Made by a program: the position numbers and the translations under genes. From the NCBI GenBank assembly GCA_963586955.1, contig CAVABR010000048.1:7862-71861 (forward strand): DNA of 64,000 bases, given 5' to 3'. Source of the DNA: a bacterium (GTDB lineage Bacteria > Actinomycetota > Coriobacteriia > Coriobacteriales > Eggerthellaceae). A model generated the notes under the pieces. The model was not told the DNA's origin and did no database searches. It was given only the letters and a program-made list of their open reading frames with translations. Below, one piece after another: positions 49,946 through 58,727 of this stretch. Each line of letters starts with the position of its first letter. Positions within the stretch are counted from its first letter, which is position 1.

Positions 49946-50266
49946 CTAAGCGAAATCATACATCCCCTGCGTAGCTTGTTTGAACTCTTGAAATATATCC
50001 TGAGCAATATTTTCATCCTCAAGAAGCTCAAAAGCACACGGTTGACCCTCTTCATCAAGTTCAGTAACTTCAAGAATTACAACCTCGCCCGAAGAGCCAA
50101 CATCACTGCCTTCTTCAAGCGGAAAGAAGAACCCATAACGTTGGTCATCATGTAGGATCAATCCCAAAAATTCTAAAGAAACTTGCTCCCCTTTTTCATC
50201 AGCAAACGTAAACACCATGCCTTCTTCTACTGGTGGAGCGAAATTTGGTGAACTTGCTTCTCTCAT
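49946..50266 (-). CDS. Small acidic protein, DUF1292-like
   Basis: FTFADEKGEQVSLEFLG...DDQRY...P...VVILEV pattern. The start overlaps the secDF stop (ATGA). Confidence 0.6.
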   Translation of the reverse strand: MREASSPNFAPPVEEGMVFTFADEKGEQVSLEFLGLILHDDQRYGFFFPLEEGSDVGSSGEVVILEVTELDEEGQPCAFELLEDENIAQDIFQEFKQATQGMYDFA

Positions 50267-52923
50267 TTCTTTTTCCTTCGATAGTGATAATTAACGCGCT
50301 TTTTATTAGCATTGTTAGATTTTTGCTTCTTGGATGTATCCGAAGTCTTTTGGTTGTCATTTTGAGAATCAACAGGCACTTTTGTTTCAGGGGCAACTTC
50401 GCTTGCAACGCTCGCACCTGCAGATGCAGTTGCTGTTGCAAGAAGAGGGGTTGAAGCAAAGGTAAAGCGCGTAATTGCATCTCCAAACTTCTTAGTAAGC
50501 TTTTTGTTCTTAGGCTCACGCGATTTCCAGATTGAGAACAGCGGTGTTGCAACGGCAATCGAAGAATAAGAACCAGCCAAAAGACCAATTGACATAGCGA
50601 AAGCGAAGTCTTTAAGCGTTTCGCCACCAAAGAGCAACATAGCCAAAACAGGAATAAACGAAGTAAGCGTGGTGTTGATGGTACGGACAAACACCTGATT
50701 GAGTGAATGGTTTGCCATACTCATGAACGTACACTTGACCTTAGATTCCTTCATATTGTCATTAATGCGGTGGAATACTACGACCGTGTCATAGAGCGAA
50801 TAACCAAGGATTGTTAACAGCGCAGCAATGGTATTCGGGGTAATTTCTCTGCCAAACAAGGCATATACACCGATAACAATGATCAAGTCATGAACAAGCG
50901 CTAAGACTGCCATAATACCCATCTTGTATTCGAAGCGGAAAGCAATATAGGCAATGATCAAAAGCATCGAAACAACGAAAGCAATAAGTGACGACTTAAT
51001 TACTCCCTCGCCCCAGTCAGGACCGATAGTGCTTACTTCATAGCTTGAAGTTGAAAGATTCAAGGAGCTCGCAACACTGTTAGCTACCGAAGTAGCATCT
51101 TCAGCAGAAGTTGAAGTGGTTCTGATCAAGAAGCCTTCTGCGCCATCTGAAGTGGTTGTTTGAACAACCGCATCAGGCTCTCCTGCTTTATCGAAGGCAT
51201 CACGCATCTGATCGATGGTGACATCACCCGTATTATGGAAAGAGACTGACGTACCACCAATAAATTCAATACCAAAGTTAAGACCCTTAATTCCCACTAC
51301 AGCAAACGAAGCGATAATCAAACAAGCCGAAATGGTAAGAAGAACCTTTCTTGCTCCCAAGAAGTTAATATCCTTCTTGATAAAGCGACCTTTAAGACCA
51401 GAGAGAATCTCTGCCGTAGAACGCCGTGGCGCGTCAGGCTCAGCTTGATTAGCTTCAGGACTATTGTTCTCAAGAAGCTCCTTATAGGCCTCTGAAGCAA
51501 TTTGGCTATCTTTGATTCCCCAATAAACAGGATGCTTTGCAATAGAGTGTGGCGCCAACAAGCGAACAAGCGGAGCCTTGAGGATCAACATCATAACAAT
51601 GTCGCAAACAATACCAAGTGCCAATGTTAAACCAAAGCCCTTAACGGAAGCAGAAGCCAAGAAGAACAAGGTCAACGCAGAAACAAGTGTTACCAAGTCA
51701 GCGTCAATTGAAGTTTGAATAGCATGGCGAACACCGGTAATGGAAGCAGCTTTTACGCTTCTTCCCATACGTATCTCTTCTCGGAATCTCTCCAGTACAA
51801 GAATTGACGAGTCCGCCGCCATACCAATGGTCAAAACAACGCCCGCTACGCCTGCAAGTGAGAGCGAGAAAAGCCCGAACGCAGACAAGGTAGCCAAAAG
51901 ACCAAGATACAGAACAGCGAATACAACCATCGCAGCTGCGGTCAAAACGCCAAGACCACGATAGAAGAACAAGAGATACAAGATAACCAACAACAAGCCA
52001 ACCAAGGCAACTACAACACCACTCTTAAGAGCGTCTTGACCTAAGGTAGGTCCTACAACCTGGCTTTGTTCGTATTGGAAGCTTACGGGAAGCGAACCAC
52101 TTTCAAGAACGGTCTGCAAGCTTTGAGCGTCTTCTTTGCTGTAGCCACCAGTAATGGATACTTCACCCGTGGTAATTTCGGCCTGAACCTTAGGGGCTGA
52201 CTGGATTTGGCCATCAAGAATAATAACGATCTGGCCTTTAGAAGGAGCCAGTTCTTTTGTTGCTTCAGCAAATGCAGCAGCACCTTCACTATTGAGCTTT
52301 AGATTAACCGCATAATCAGTGCCTGTCTCTGACGCTTTATCAACCGTAACGCTCGTAATATTTTCGCCGGTAATCAAAGGCGTATATGTTCCGCTCTTGA
52401 CCGAACGATAGGTAGTCTGGCCTGAGCTAAACGAATTGCCAAAATCATCAGTATAGGTTTGCTTTTGTGCATACGTGCCATTAGTAATTGCTGTTTGGTC
52501 GTCTGAATCAGTAAACGAATCAGCGCGAGCAAACTCTAGCTTACCGGTTTTGCCGATAGTAGAAAGAGCCTTTTCGGTGTCAGACTGACCAGGGATTTGT
52601 ACCAAAATTTGATTGGTTCCTTGAACCTGAACCGTAGCTTCAGAAGCACCTAATGCATTAACACGAGACTCAATAATGGCGCGCGACTTTTCCATATCTT
52701 CAGTGGAAACATCTTCGCCATTGGTGCTATTTGCACTAAGGACAACAGAAAGACCGCCTTGGATATCAAGTCCTTGATTAACTTTTTCTTGTGGAGGGGT
52801 GAACATAAAAATTGAACCCAAAACAAGAATCGTTGTTAAGATCAAAAGCCAAATATTTCTTCTGTCTGCGTTAGAACGCTTTGATTTGCCTTTCTTGTTT
52901 TTCTTTTTACTCAAATTAGGCAC
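50263..52923 (-). CDS. secDF: Fused protein translocase SecDF
   Basis: SecD part (GLDIQGG, RVNALGASE, VGPTLG, IGMAADS..LERFREE) and SecF part (GIEFIGG, GYSLYDTVVVF.R, RTINT). Confidence 0.97.
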   Translation of the reverse strand: MPNLSKKKNKKGKSKRSNADRRNIWLLILTTILVLGSIFMFTPPQEKVNQGLDIQGGLSVVLSANSTNGEDVSTEDMEKSRAIIESRVNALGASEATVQVQGTNQILVQIPGQSDTEKALSTIGKTGKLEFARADSFTDSDDQTAITNGTYAQKQTYTDDFGNSFSSGQTTYRSVKSGTYTPLITGENITSVTVDKASETGTDYAVNLKLNSEGAAAFAEATKELAPSKGQIVIILDGQIQSAPKVQAEITTGEVSITGGYSKEDAQSLQTVLESGSLPVSFQYEQSQVVGPTLGQDALKSGVVVALVGLLLVILYLLFFYRGLGVLTAAAMVVFAVLYLGLLATLSAFGLFSLSLAGVAGVVLTIGMAADSSILVLERFREEIRMGRSVKAASITGVRHAIQTSIDADLVTLVSALTLFFLASASVKGFGLTLALGIVCDIVMMLILKAPLVRLLAPHSIAKHPVYWGIKDSQIASEAYKELLENNSPEANQAEPDAPRRSTAEILSGLKGRFIKKDINFLGARKVLLTISACLIIASFAVVGIKGLNFGIEFIGGTSVSFHNTGDVTIDQMRDAFDKAGEPDAVVQTTTSDGAEGFLIRTTSTSAEDATSVANSVASSLNLSTSSYEVSTIGPDWGEGVIKSSLIAFVVSMLLIIAYIAFRFEYKMGIMAVLALVHDLIIVIGVYALFGREITPNTIAALLTILGYSLYDTVVVFHRINDNMKESKVKCTFMSMANHSLNQVFVRTINTTLTSFIPVLAMLLFGGETLKDFAFAMSIGLLAGSYSSIAVATPLFSIWKSREPKNKKLTKKFGDAITRFTFASTPLLATATASAGASVASEVAPETKVPVDSQNDNQKTSDTSKKQKSNNANKKRVNYHYRRKKK

Positions 52924-53133
52924 GTTAAATCCTTATCTATTTTTTCCCTCAAAAAAATAAGCTTGCACTTCATAAATGCAAACAGACGATTTCCATAATA
53001 ACGCGAAAATCCAGTTATTAACCCAAAATCATATGATATTAAAAACTAAATTGTATCGATTTGCCGAACTACAAACCATCAAAACTCAAAACCGTGCCTC
53101 ATGACAAGCACAGCATTGAGCCTTTTGATAGTT

Positions 53134-54279
53134 TTAGTAGTCTTTTACTGCAGGCGAATGCATCCATTCCTGATAAAAGTCCTCATATGATTCAGCCAAA
53201 ATGGCCTCTCGAGCTTTTCTCATAAGATCAAGCAAGAAGAATAAATTGTGAGTGCTCAAAAGAATACTCCCCAGCATTTCATTCTGTTTTACCAAATGAC
53301 GAATATAAGAGCGACTGTGAGTTTGACATACCGGACAACTGCAATGTTGATCAATGGGTCCAAAATCATGGATGAATTTGGCGTTTCTCATATTCATGCG
53401 CCCTTGAGAAGAAAAAGCCGTTCCCATGCGTGCTGTTCTGGTAGGAAGAACGCAATCGAACATATCAACACCTTCATGCACTGCTCGAACCAAAGTAGTA
53501 GGATTTCCAACTCCCATAACATAACGGGGCTTATTTTCAGGAAGCGCGCGAGCTACTTGACCGAGCGTTTCAAACATAACCTCATGACTTTCACCCACGG
53601 AGTAGCCACCAATGCCATAACCTTTGAAGTCCTTGTGGCCTCGCTCTACGCTTGCTTTGCTTATTGCTTCAAGACGATTGATTGACTCAAGGCGCAGTTC
53701 TAGATCCATTCCTCCTTGACAAATTCCAAAAAGCGCCTGATCTTCGCGGGTATGGGCAGCCAAGCATCGCTCTGCCCAATTTGCCGACAAATCAACAGCT
53801 CTTTGCACATACTGACGCGTAGCTGGATAAGGAGGGCATTGATCAAGTTGCATGATAATATCAGCGCCAAGCTTTTGCTGAATCTCCATATTGCGCTCAG
53901 GAGTCCATCTTACCCTTGAGCCATCATAGACAGAGGCAAACGTAACTCCGTCATCATCAAGCTTTAACGTATCAGCTAACGAAAAGATCTGAAAACCGCC
54001 CGAATCAGTCAAAATAGGCCCATCGTAGCTCATAAAAGAATGAAGGCCACCCGCTTCGGCAATTAAATCTTCGCCAGGACGCAAAGAGAGATGATAGGTG
54101 TTAGAAAGAACAATCTGCGCCCCAATTTCTTTGAGTGTTTGAGGGGTTATGCCTTTTACGGTAGCGCTTGTACCAACCGGCATAAAAAGTGGCGTCTTAA
54201 CAATGCCATGAGGAGTAATAAATTCTCCTGCTCGTGCATGTCCACTTTGAGCCTTAATATCAAAATCGAAAAACGACAC
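53134..54279 (-). CDS. tgt: tRNA-guanine transglycosylase (bacterial, preQ1-inserting type)
   Basis: Motifs TPLFMPVGT, NTYHL, TDSGGFQ, DQC, GGYSVGE, DMFDCVLPTR and the Zn site CSCPVC...HN. Probable GTG start at 54279. Confidence 0.97.
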   Translation of the reverse strand: MSFFDFDIKAQSGHARAGEFITPHGIVKTPLFMPVGTSATVKGITPQTLKEIGAQIVLSNTYHLSLRPGEDLIAEAGGLHSFMSYDGPILTDSGGFQIFSLADTLKLDDDGVTFASVYDGSRVRWTPERNMEIQQKLGADIIMQLDQCPPYPATRQYVQRAVDLSANWAERCLAAHTREDQALFGICQGGMDLELRLESINRLEAISKASVERGHKDFKGYGIGGYSVGESHEVMFETLGQVARALPENKPRYVMGVGNPTTLVRAVHEGVDMFDCVLPTRTARMGTAFSSQGRMNMRNAKFIHDFGPIDQHCSCPVCQTHSRSYIRHLVKQNEMLGSILLSTHNLFFLLDLMRKAREAILAESYEDFYQEWMHSPAVKDY

Positions 54280-54283
54280 CGTT

Positions 54284-55009
54284 CTACTCACAATCTGGAA
54301 GAGCTTTAACAAATGCTAAGAGATCTTGCAAAGAGCCATGCTTTACTGTTTCAATATCAAACCCAATAGGATCAAGCAAGCAATCAGTAACCAAATAAGC
54401 ATCAATGCCCAAACCCATACAGCTAAGATCTTCTTTAGTATTATTTCCAATCATTAAAATAGCGCTTGGATCAACGCCTATCTTTTCGACATTTTCTTGA
54501 TAGTATTCCAAATAAGGTTTGGTTTTTGTGGAATTATCATAGGTTGTTATTCGATCAAAAACATCCACCGGACACCCTGCCCACCCAAGACGTTTTTCTA
54601 CTGCAACACGCGGAAAAAGGGGCATCGTCGTTAGGTAAAGCGGATAGTGTTTCTGTTTGAGTATGCTCAAAATTTCACGCGCCTCTTCACGCGGGGTAAC
54701 ATTTTTACCAATGTTGTTGAAATCCGTTTCGTAATACTCAAGAAAGAGTGGTTCCATTTCCTCTCTTTTTTCCTGCGTTAGGGCACAAAAGGTATTCCAA
54801 TAGCGGTCATAATTGCATCCACCTTCTTCTTGAGTCATGCTTTTGACACCAGCCATGATAGCTTTAAAGAACAACTTGGCATCATAGCCTCTTGATCCAA
54901 AAAAGGCGCTAATTCCCTCAAAATATTCCTTGAGAAAAAGATCCATATCAAGATCTAGAAGCGTTCCATCTAAATCAAAGAAAATGGCTTTGTAGTTGGC
55001 ATTATCCAT
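54284..55009 (-). CDS. HAD superfamily hydrolase
   Basis: Motif I FDLDGTL, motif III KP and motif IV MIGNNTKED. Ends 4 bp before the tgt start. Confidence 0.88.
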   Translation of the reverse strand: MDNANYKAIFFDLDGTLLDLDMDLFLKEYFEGISAFFGSRGYDAKLFFKAIMAGVKSMTQEEGGCNYDRYWNTFCALTQEKREEMEPLFLEYYETDFNNIGKNVTPREEAREILSILKQKHYPLYLTTMPLFPRVAVEKRLGWAGCPVDVFDRITTYDNSTKTKPYLEYYQENVEKIGVDPSAILMIGNNTKEDLSCMGLGIDAYLVTDCLLDPIGFDIETVKHGSLQDLLAFVKALPDCE

Positions 55010-55091
55010 ATGCGTAGTCCTCTAATTATTTAAAACATTCAACATATAGATGTTAGTATATGACATGATTTAAGAGAGAAAAGATAAGCTT

Positions 55092-56780
55092 ATGAAATTA
55101 CTTCTTCATGCCTGTTGTGGTCCCTGCTCTCTTGAGCCCGTTCGTTGCCTTTTAGAAGAAGGACACGATATAACCATTGCATACATGAATTCAAATATTG
55201 ATACCCAAGAAGAATATTCGCATCGATTAAACACCCTGCTTTCGTGGGCCAAGAAAGAAAATATCCCAGTAATAGAAGGGTCTTATAATCCTGAATACTG
55301 GAGGAAAGCCATTTCTAGCGCATGGGACAACAAAGCACCCCGCGAATCAAGATGTCGCGCCTGTTATCGCCTGCGCTTTGAAGAGTTGGCTCGGTATGCC
55401 CACGAAAACAACTTTGAGGCGCTAACCACAACACTGACGGTAAGCCCTTACCAGTTTACTTCTATTATTGAAGAAGAGCTTGAGCGTTGTGTTGCGCCCT
55501 ACCCTAACATCACGGCGCTCTTTCGCGATTACCGAGAAAATTACCCAGAAGCTACCAAAAGAAGTCGCGCGCTAGGGATGTATCGACAGAATTATTGTGG
55601 CTGTTCGTTTTCAAACGAAGAAGCCAAACAAGAAAGAGAAGAACGAAAAGCTTTACGCAAAGCCAAGAAAAAAGCTGAAAGGATGGCAAAACTTTCCATG
55701 CTAAAAACTGATGATTTCGACTACGAACTACCCGAACACTGTATTGCACAAGAGCCATCCCCTATACGAGATGAATGCAAGATGCTGGTGATGAATCGCA
55801 AAACGGGCGCACTTCAGGATATGATTTTCAAAGACATTTATGATCTTCTTGAGCCCGGTGACTTATTGGTTGCAAACGAAACGCGTGTTATGCCGGCGCG
55901 CCTTCTGGGAAAAAAGCGAAACACCGGAGGGGCAAGCGAAATCTTTTTATTGAAAGAGCGCTTTGATTACGAAGAGAAGAAGGACTCAAGCGCCATTTGG
56001 GAGACACTGGTAAGGCCTGGTAAGCGTCTTAAGCCAGGTGCCATAGTTGATTTTTGCAACAAAGAAGATTCGGTTATTCTCTCAGCTGAAATTCTTGATT
56101 GGGTTGAAGGAGCCGAAAAAGGAGAGCGGCTTGTTCGCCTTACTACCCCGCTGACCTCCCTTGATGATGCACTCCATCAAGTTGGTCATACTCCCCTGCC
56201 TCCTTATATCAAAAACTACACGGGAGACGAAGAACTATATCAGACCGTTTTCTCTCAGGAAGAACGAAGCGCGGCCGCTCCTACGGCAGGGCTTCACTTC
56301 ACCCCTGAGCTGATTGAGAGAATCAAAGCTAAAGGGGTCGGTTTTGAGACGGTTCATCTAGAGGTTGGACTGGATACCTTTAGAATTGTTGACGAAGAAG
56401 ACCCGCATGATCATCAAATCCATACTGAACGCTATACCGTTCCGCAAACAACCGTTGATGCAATCACGAAAACCAAAGCATCAGGTGGGCGCGTTATTGC
56501 TGTTGGAACTACCAGTGTTCGTAGCCTTGAAAGCGCGTGGGATAACGAAAAGCGCTACCTTGTTGCGCGCGATAGAGAAAAAACAAGCTTGTTTATTCTC
56601 CCTGGTTACGAATTCAAAGTTGTTGACGCGCTTATCACCAACTTCCACGTTCCGCGCTCAACGCTCATGATGTTAGTTTCGGCCTTTTCTTCGCGCGATA
56701 AAATTATGGCAGCCTACAAGCATGCCATCAAACGGCATTACCGACTTCTTTCGTTTGGCGATGCAATGTTTATAAAGTAG
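55092..56780 (+). CDS. queH-queA: QueH (epoxyqueuosine reductase)-QueA (SAM:tRNA ribosyltransferase-isomerase) fusion
   Basis: N-terminal LLLHACCGPCS, RCRACY and YRQNYCGC. C-terminal DFDYELP..IAQ, PLPPYI, YQTVF, SAAAPTAGLHFT, AVGTTSVRSLE, TNFHVPRST and SFGDAM. Confidence 0.93.
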   Translation: MKLLLHACCGPCSLEPVRCLLEEGHDITIAYMNSNIDTQEEYSHRLNTLLSWAKKENIPVIEGSYNPEYWRKAISSAWDNKAPRESRCRACYRLRFEELARYAHENNFEALTTTLTVSPYQFTSIIEEELERCVAPYPNITALFRDYRENYPEATKRSRALGMYRQNYCGCSFSNEEAKQEREERKALRKAKKKAERMAKLSMLKTDDFDYELPEHCIAQEPSPIRDECKMLVMNRKTGALQDMIFKDIYDLLEPGDLLVANETRVMPARLLGKKRNTGGASEIFLLKERFDYEEKKDSSAIWETLVRPGKRLKPGAIVDFCNKEDSVILSAEILDWVEGAEKGERLVRLTTPLTSLDDALHQVGHTPLPPYIKNYTGDEELYQTVFSQEERSAAAPTAGLHFTPELIERIKAKGVGFETVHLEVGLDTFRIVDEEDPHDHQIHTERYTVPQTTVDAITKTKASGGRVIAVGTTSVRSLESAWDNEKRYLVARDREKTSLFILPGYEFKVVDALITNFHVPRSTLMMLVSAFSSRDKIMAAYKHAIKRHYRLLSFGDAMFIK

Positions 56781-56791
56781 GAAGGTTATTC

Positions 56792-57652
56792 ATGAATAAC
56801 GAAATGCGCGTAGCCGTGCTCATAGATGCGGAAAATATTTCAAGTAAATACGCTGATACCATTCTCCAAGAAGCAACCCGTCTGGGTAATATCATTTTGA
56901 AACGCATCTACGGAAACTGGACAATGCAAGAAATGGGCTCTTGGAAAAAGCAGATTCTCAAAAATGCTATTGTCCCCATTCAGCAATTCAGCAATACAAC
57001 GGGAAAAAATTCTTCGGATTCTGCTCTTATAATTGACGCGATGGATATGCTCTATGAAAAGGATCTCGATGTCTTTTGTATCGTCTCTTCGGATAGTGAC
57101 TTTACTCGTCTTGCTTCAAGATTGCGCGAAAGCGAAAAGTATGTTCTAGGAATGGGAGAACAGAAAACTCCTCGCTCATTTATTTCAGCTTGTAACAAAT
57201 TTGCTTATCTTGATCTTTTACAGAAGGACAAGAATAGCTCAAAGGCAGAAAAGAAGCAGGAACAACAGCCAAAAGCAAAACAACAGGCAAACAAATCTAA
57301 CAAGCAAGGACAAAAGATGCCAGCAGAAAATACTCCTAAGTCCTCATCCGCTAAAACAACGGAAGAAAATAGCGTCTTAATTTCCACCTTTGGGTATGGC
57401 TCAGATATCGACCAGGTTTCTGAAGTCCTTAGAGATCTCTCCGAAGACTACTGCCGAGAAGACGGATGGATTTTATCTTCGACCCTCGGTGCACTTCTTG
57501 CCAAACAACTGCCTGATTTCGACACGCGCAATTTTGGATTCAAGAAATTTGTACCCTTTATTGATTCTCTCGGAATCTTTGAGAGTAAAAGTGTTGCACC
57601 TAAAGAAGACCCCAGTTCAAAAACAGTTTTCTTCAGAATCATTGAAGAATGA
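56792..57652 (+). CDS. NYN (LabA/DUF88) domain protein with C-terminal OST-HTH/LOTUS
   Basis: Motifs LIDAENI, R.YGNW, GKNSSD..LIIDAMD and SSDSDFT.LA.RLRE. C-terminal PDFDTRNFGFKKF. Confidence 0.88.
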   Translation: MNNEMRVAVLIDAENISSKYADTILQEATRLGNIILKRIYGNWTMQEMGSWKKQILKNAIVPIQQFSNTTGKNSSDSALIIDAMDMLYEKDLDVFCIVSSDSDFTRLASRLRESEKYVLGMGEQKTPRSFISACNKFAYLDLLQKDKNSSKAEKKQEQQPKAKQQANKSNKQGQKMPAENTPKSSSAKTTEENSVLISTFGYGSDIDQVSEVLRDLSEDYCREDGWILSSTLGALLAKQLPDFDTRNFGFKKFVPFIDSLGIFESKSVAPKEDPSSKTVFFRIIEE

Positions 57653-57731
57653 TACACCGATGATTTCCTGCGTTTACATAAAAAGCAAAGCTAATCGCAG
57701 GAAATCTGACCACAAACTGCCACAAGCTACC

Positions 57732-58274
57732 CTAGCGTAGCTTAGCTTTGCGCGCTTTCCAATCAGGCATGACTTTGTCCATCAGCGCATAGAATCCCCT
57801 TCCATGGTTTTGTTCAAAAAAATGGCAGAGCTCATGAACTACCACATATTCCAAACACTCAGGAGGATATAGGGCGAGCCTTGTATTGATACATACCCTT
57901 CCCGTAGAAGGCTGACAGCTCCCCCATCTGCTTTTCATATTGCGAAAAGCAAGCGTCTTAACCTCAACGCCCAGAATAGCGCTCCATTCTTCAATTAAAG
58001 GAGGGACACAAGCTTCAAGCACTTGCTTCCATTCATTTTGTTCTTGTTTGGAGGCATGTTCGGCCTGCGCCATAGGTTGAGAAAGAATTTCTTGCTGTTT
58101 TGTATAAATCCAATCCAAGCGAGCGGTAAGAAACTTCTCTATTTCTTTTTTTGAAGTGCGCAAAGGGACGCTTAAGGTTATTTTGCCCGTGGGCTTAATT
58201 GATAATCTGAGCGCCTTGGTATTCCTTCGAGTGAGACAAATTTTCAAACCCCGGAAGTTTAATTGCTCTGCCAT
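57732..58274 (-). CDS. YgjP/DUF45 family metallohydrolase (M48-like)
   Basis: Motifs MKSRWGSC, YVVVHELCH and NHGRGFY...PDW. Confidence 0.88.
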   Translation of the reverse strand: MAEQLNFRGLKICLTRRNTKALRLSIKPTGKITLSVPLRTSKKEIEKFLTARLDWIYTKQQEILSQPMAQAEHASKQEQNEWKQVLEACVPPLIEEWSAILGVEVKTLAFRNMKSRWGSCQPSTGRVCINTRLALYPPECLEYVVVHELCHFFEQNHGRGFYALMDKVMPDWKARKAKLR

Positions 58275-58347
58275 GAATTGCGCTAACGCTCCTTGTTAGT
58301 AACTGAATTGTCTTTATTCTAAAGGCCACGACAATTCGCTACAACCT

Positions 58348-58386
58348 AAAAAAGCGACGCCCCTCAAAGAGAGGGGCGTCTGTTTT
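58348..58386 (-). terminator. Intrinsic terminator after the feo operon
   Basis: GACGCCCCTC-AAAGA-GAGGGGCGTC, preceded by an A-run on + (T-run on -). Confidence 0.85.
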
Positions 58387-58466
58387 CATTGCGTCTTTAG
58401 AACCAACATAGATAAGTGAAGTACTGAACAAGGGGTTCCATGTTGGTATCTGGTGCACAATGCGAG

Positions 58467-58676
58467 TTAACGTAATCGCTCTTCCATGTCTTTTACCATT
58501 TTATCGGCACAAGAGCATTCTGAAGAGGAAGAAGAACTAGAACAACCTTGAGAACAACTTCCGCATCCGTCGCATCCGATATGTTTTCCTGCGCGCCGAG
58601 CACGAACCATGCTGACAATAATGGCAACAACAATAGCTAGAAGTATTAATCCAACAATTACCGAACCAAGCGTCAT
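58467..58676 (-). CDS. FeoB-associated Cys-rich membrane protein
   Basis: N-terminal TM helix, then GCDGCGSCSQGC. Directly downstream of feoB. Confidence 0.85.
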   Translation of the reverse strand: MTLGSVIVGLILLAIVVAIIVSMVRARRAGKHIGCDGCGSCSQGCSSSSSSSECSCADKMVKDMEERLR

Positions 58677-58727
58677 GTTCTAGTCCTTCCTTTCTTTAAT
58701 CAAAAACTTTCAACTCATCTAAAACCA

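Noticed and set aside
55010..55091. preQ1 riboswitch in the tgt/queA divergent region
   Set aside because: No recognisable preQ1 stem-loop consensus, only a short AACAT-N4-ATGTT palindrome.
56792..58274. NYN plus YgjP genes as an anti-phage defence system
   Set aside because: They are convergent single genes with no restriction-modification or other defence partners nearby. Both families are common in core genomes.
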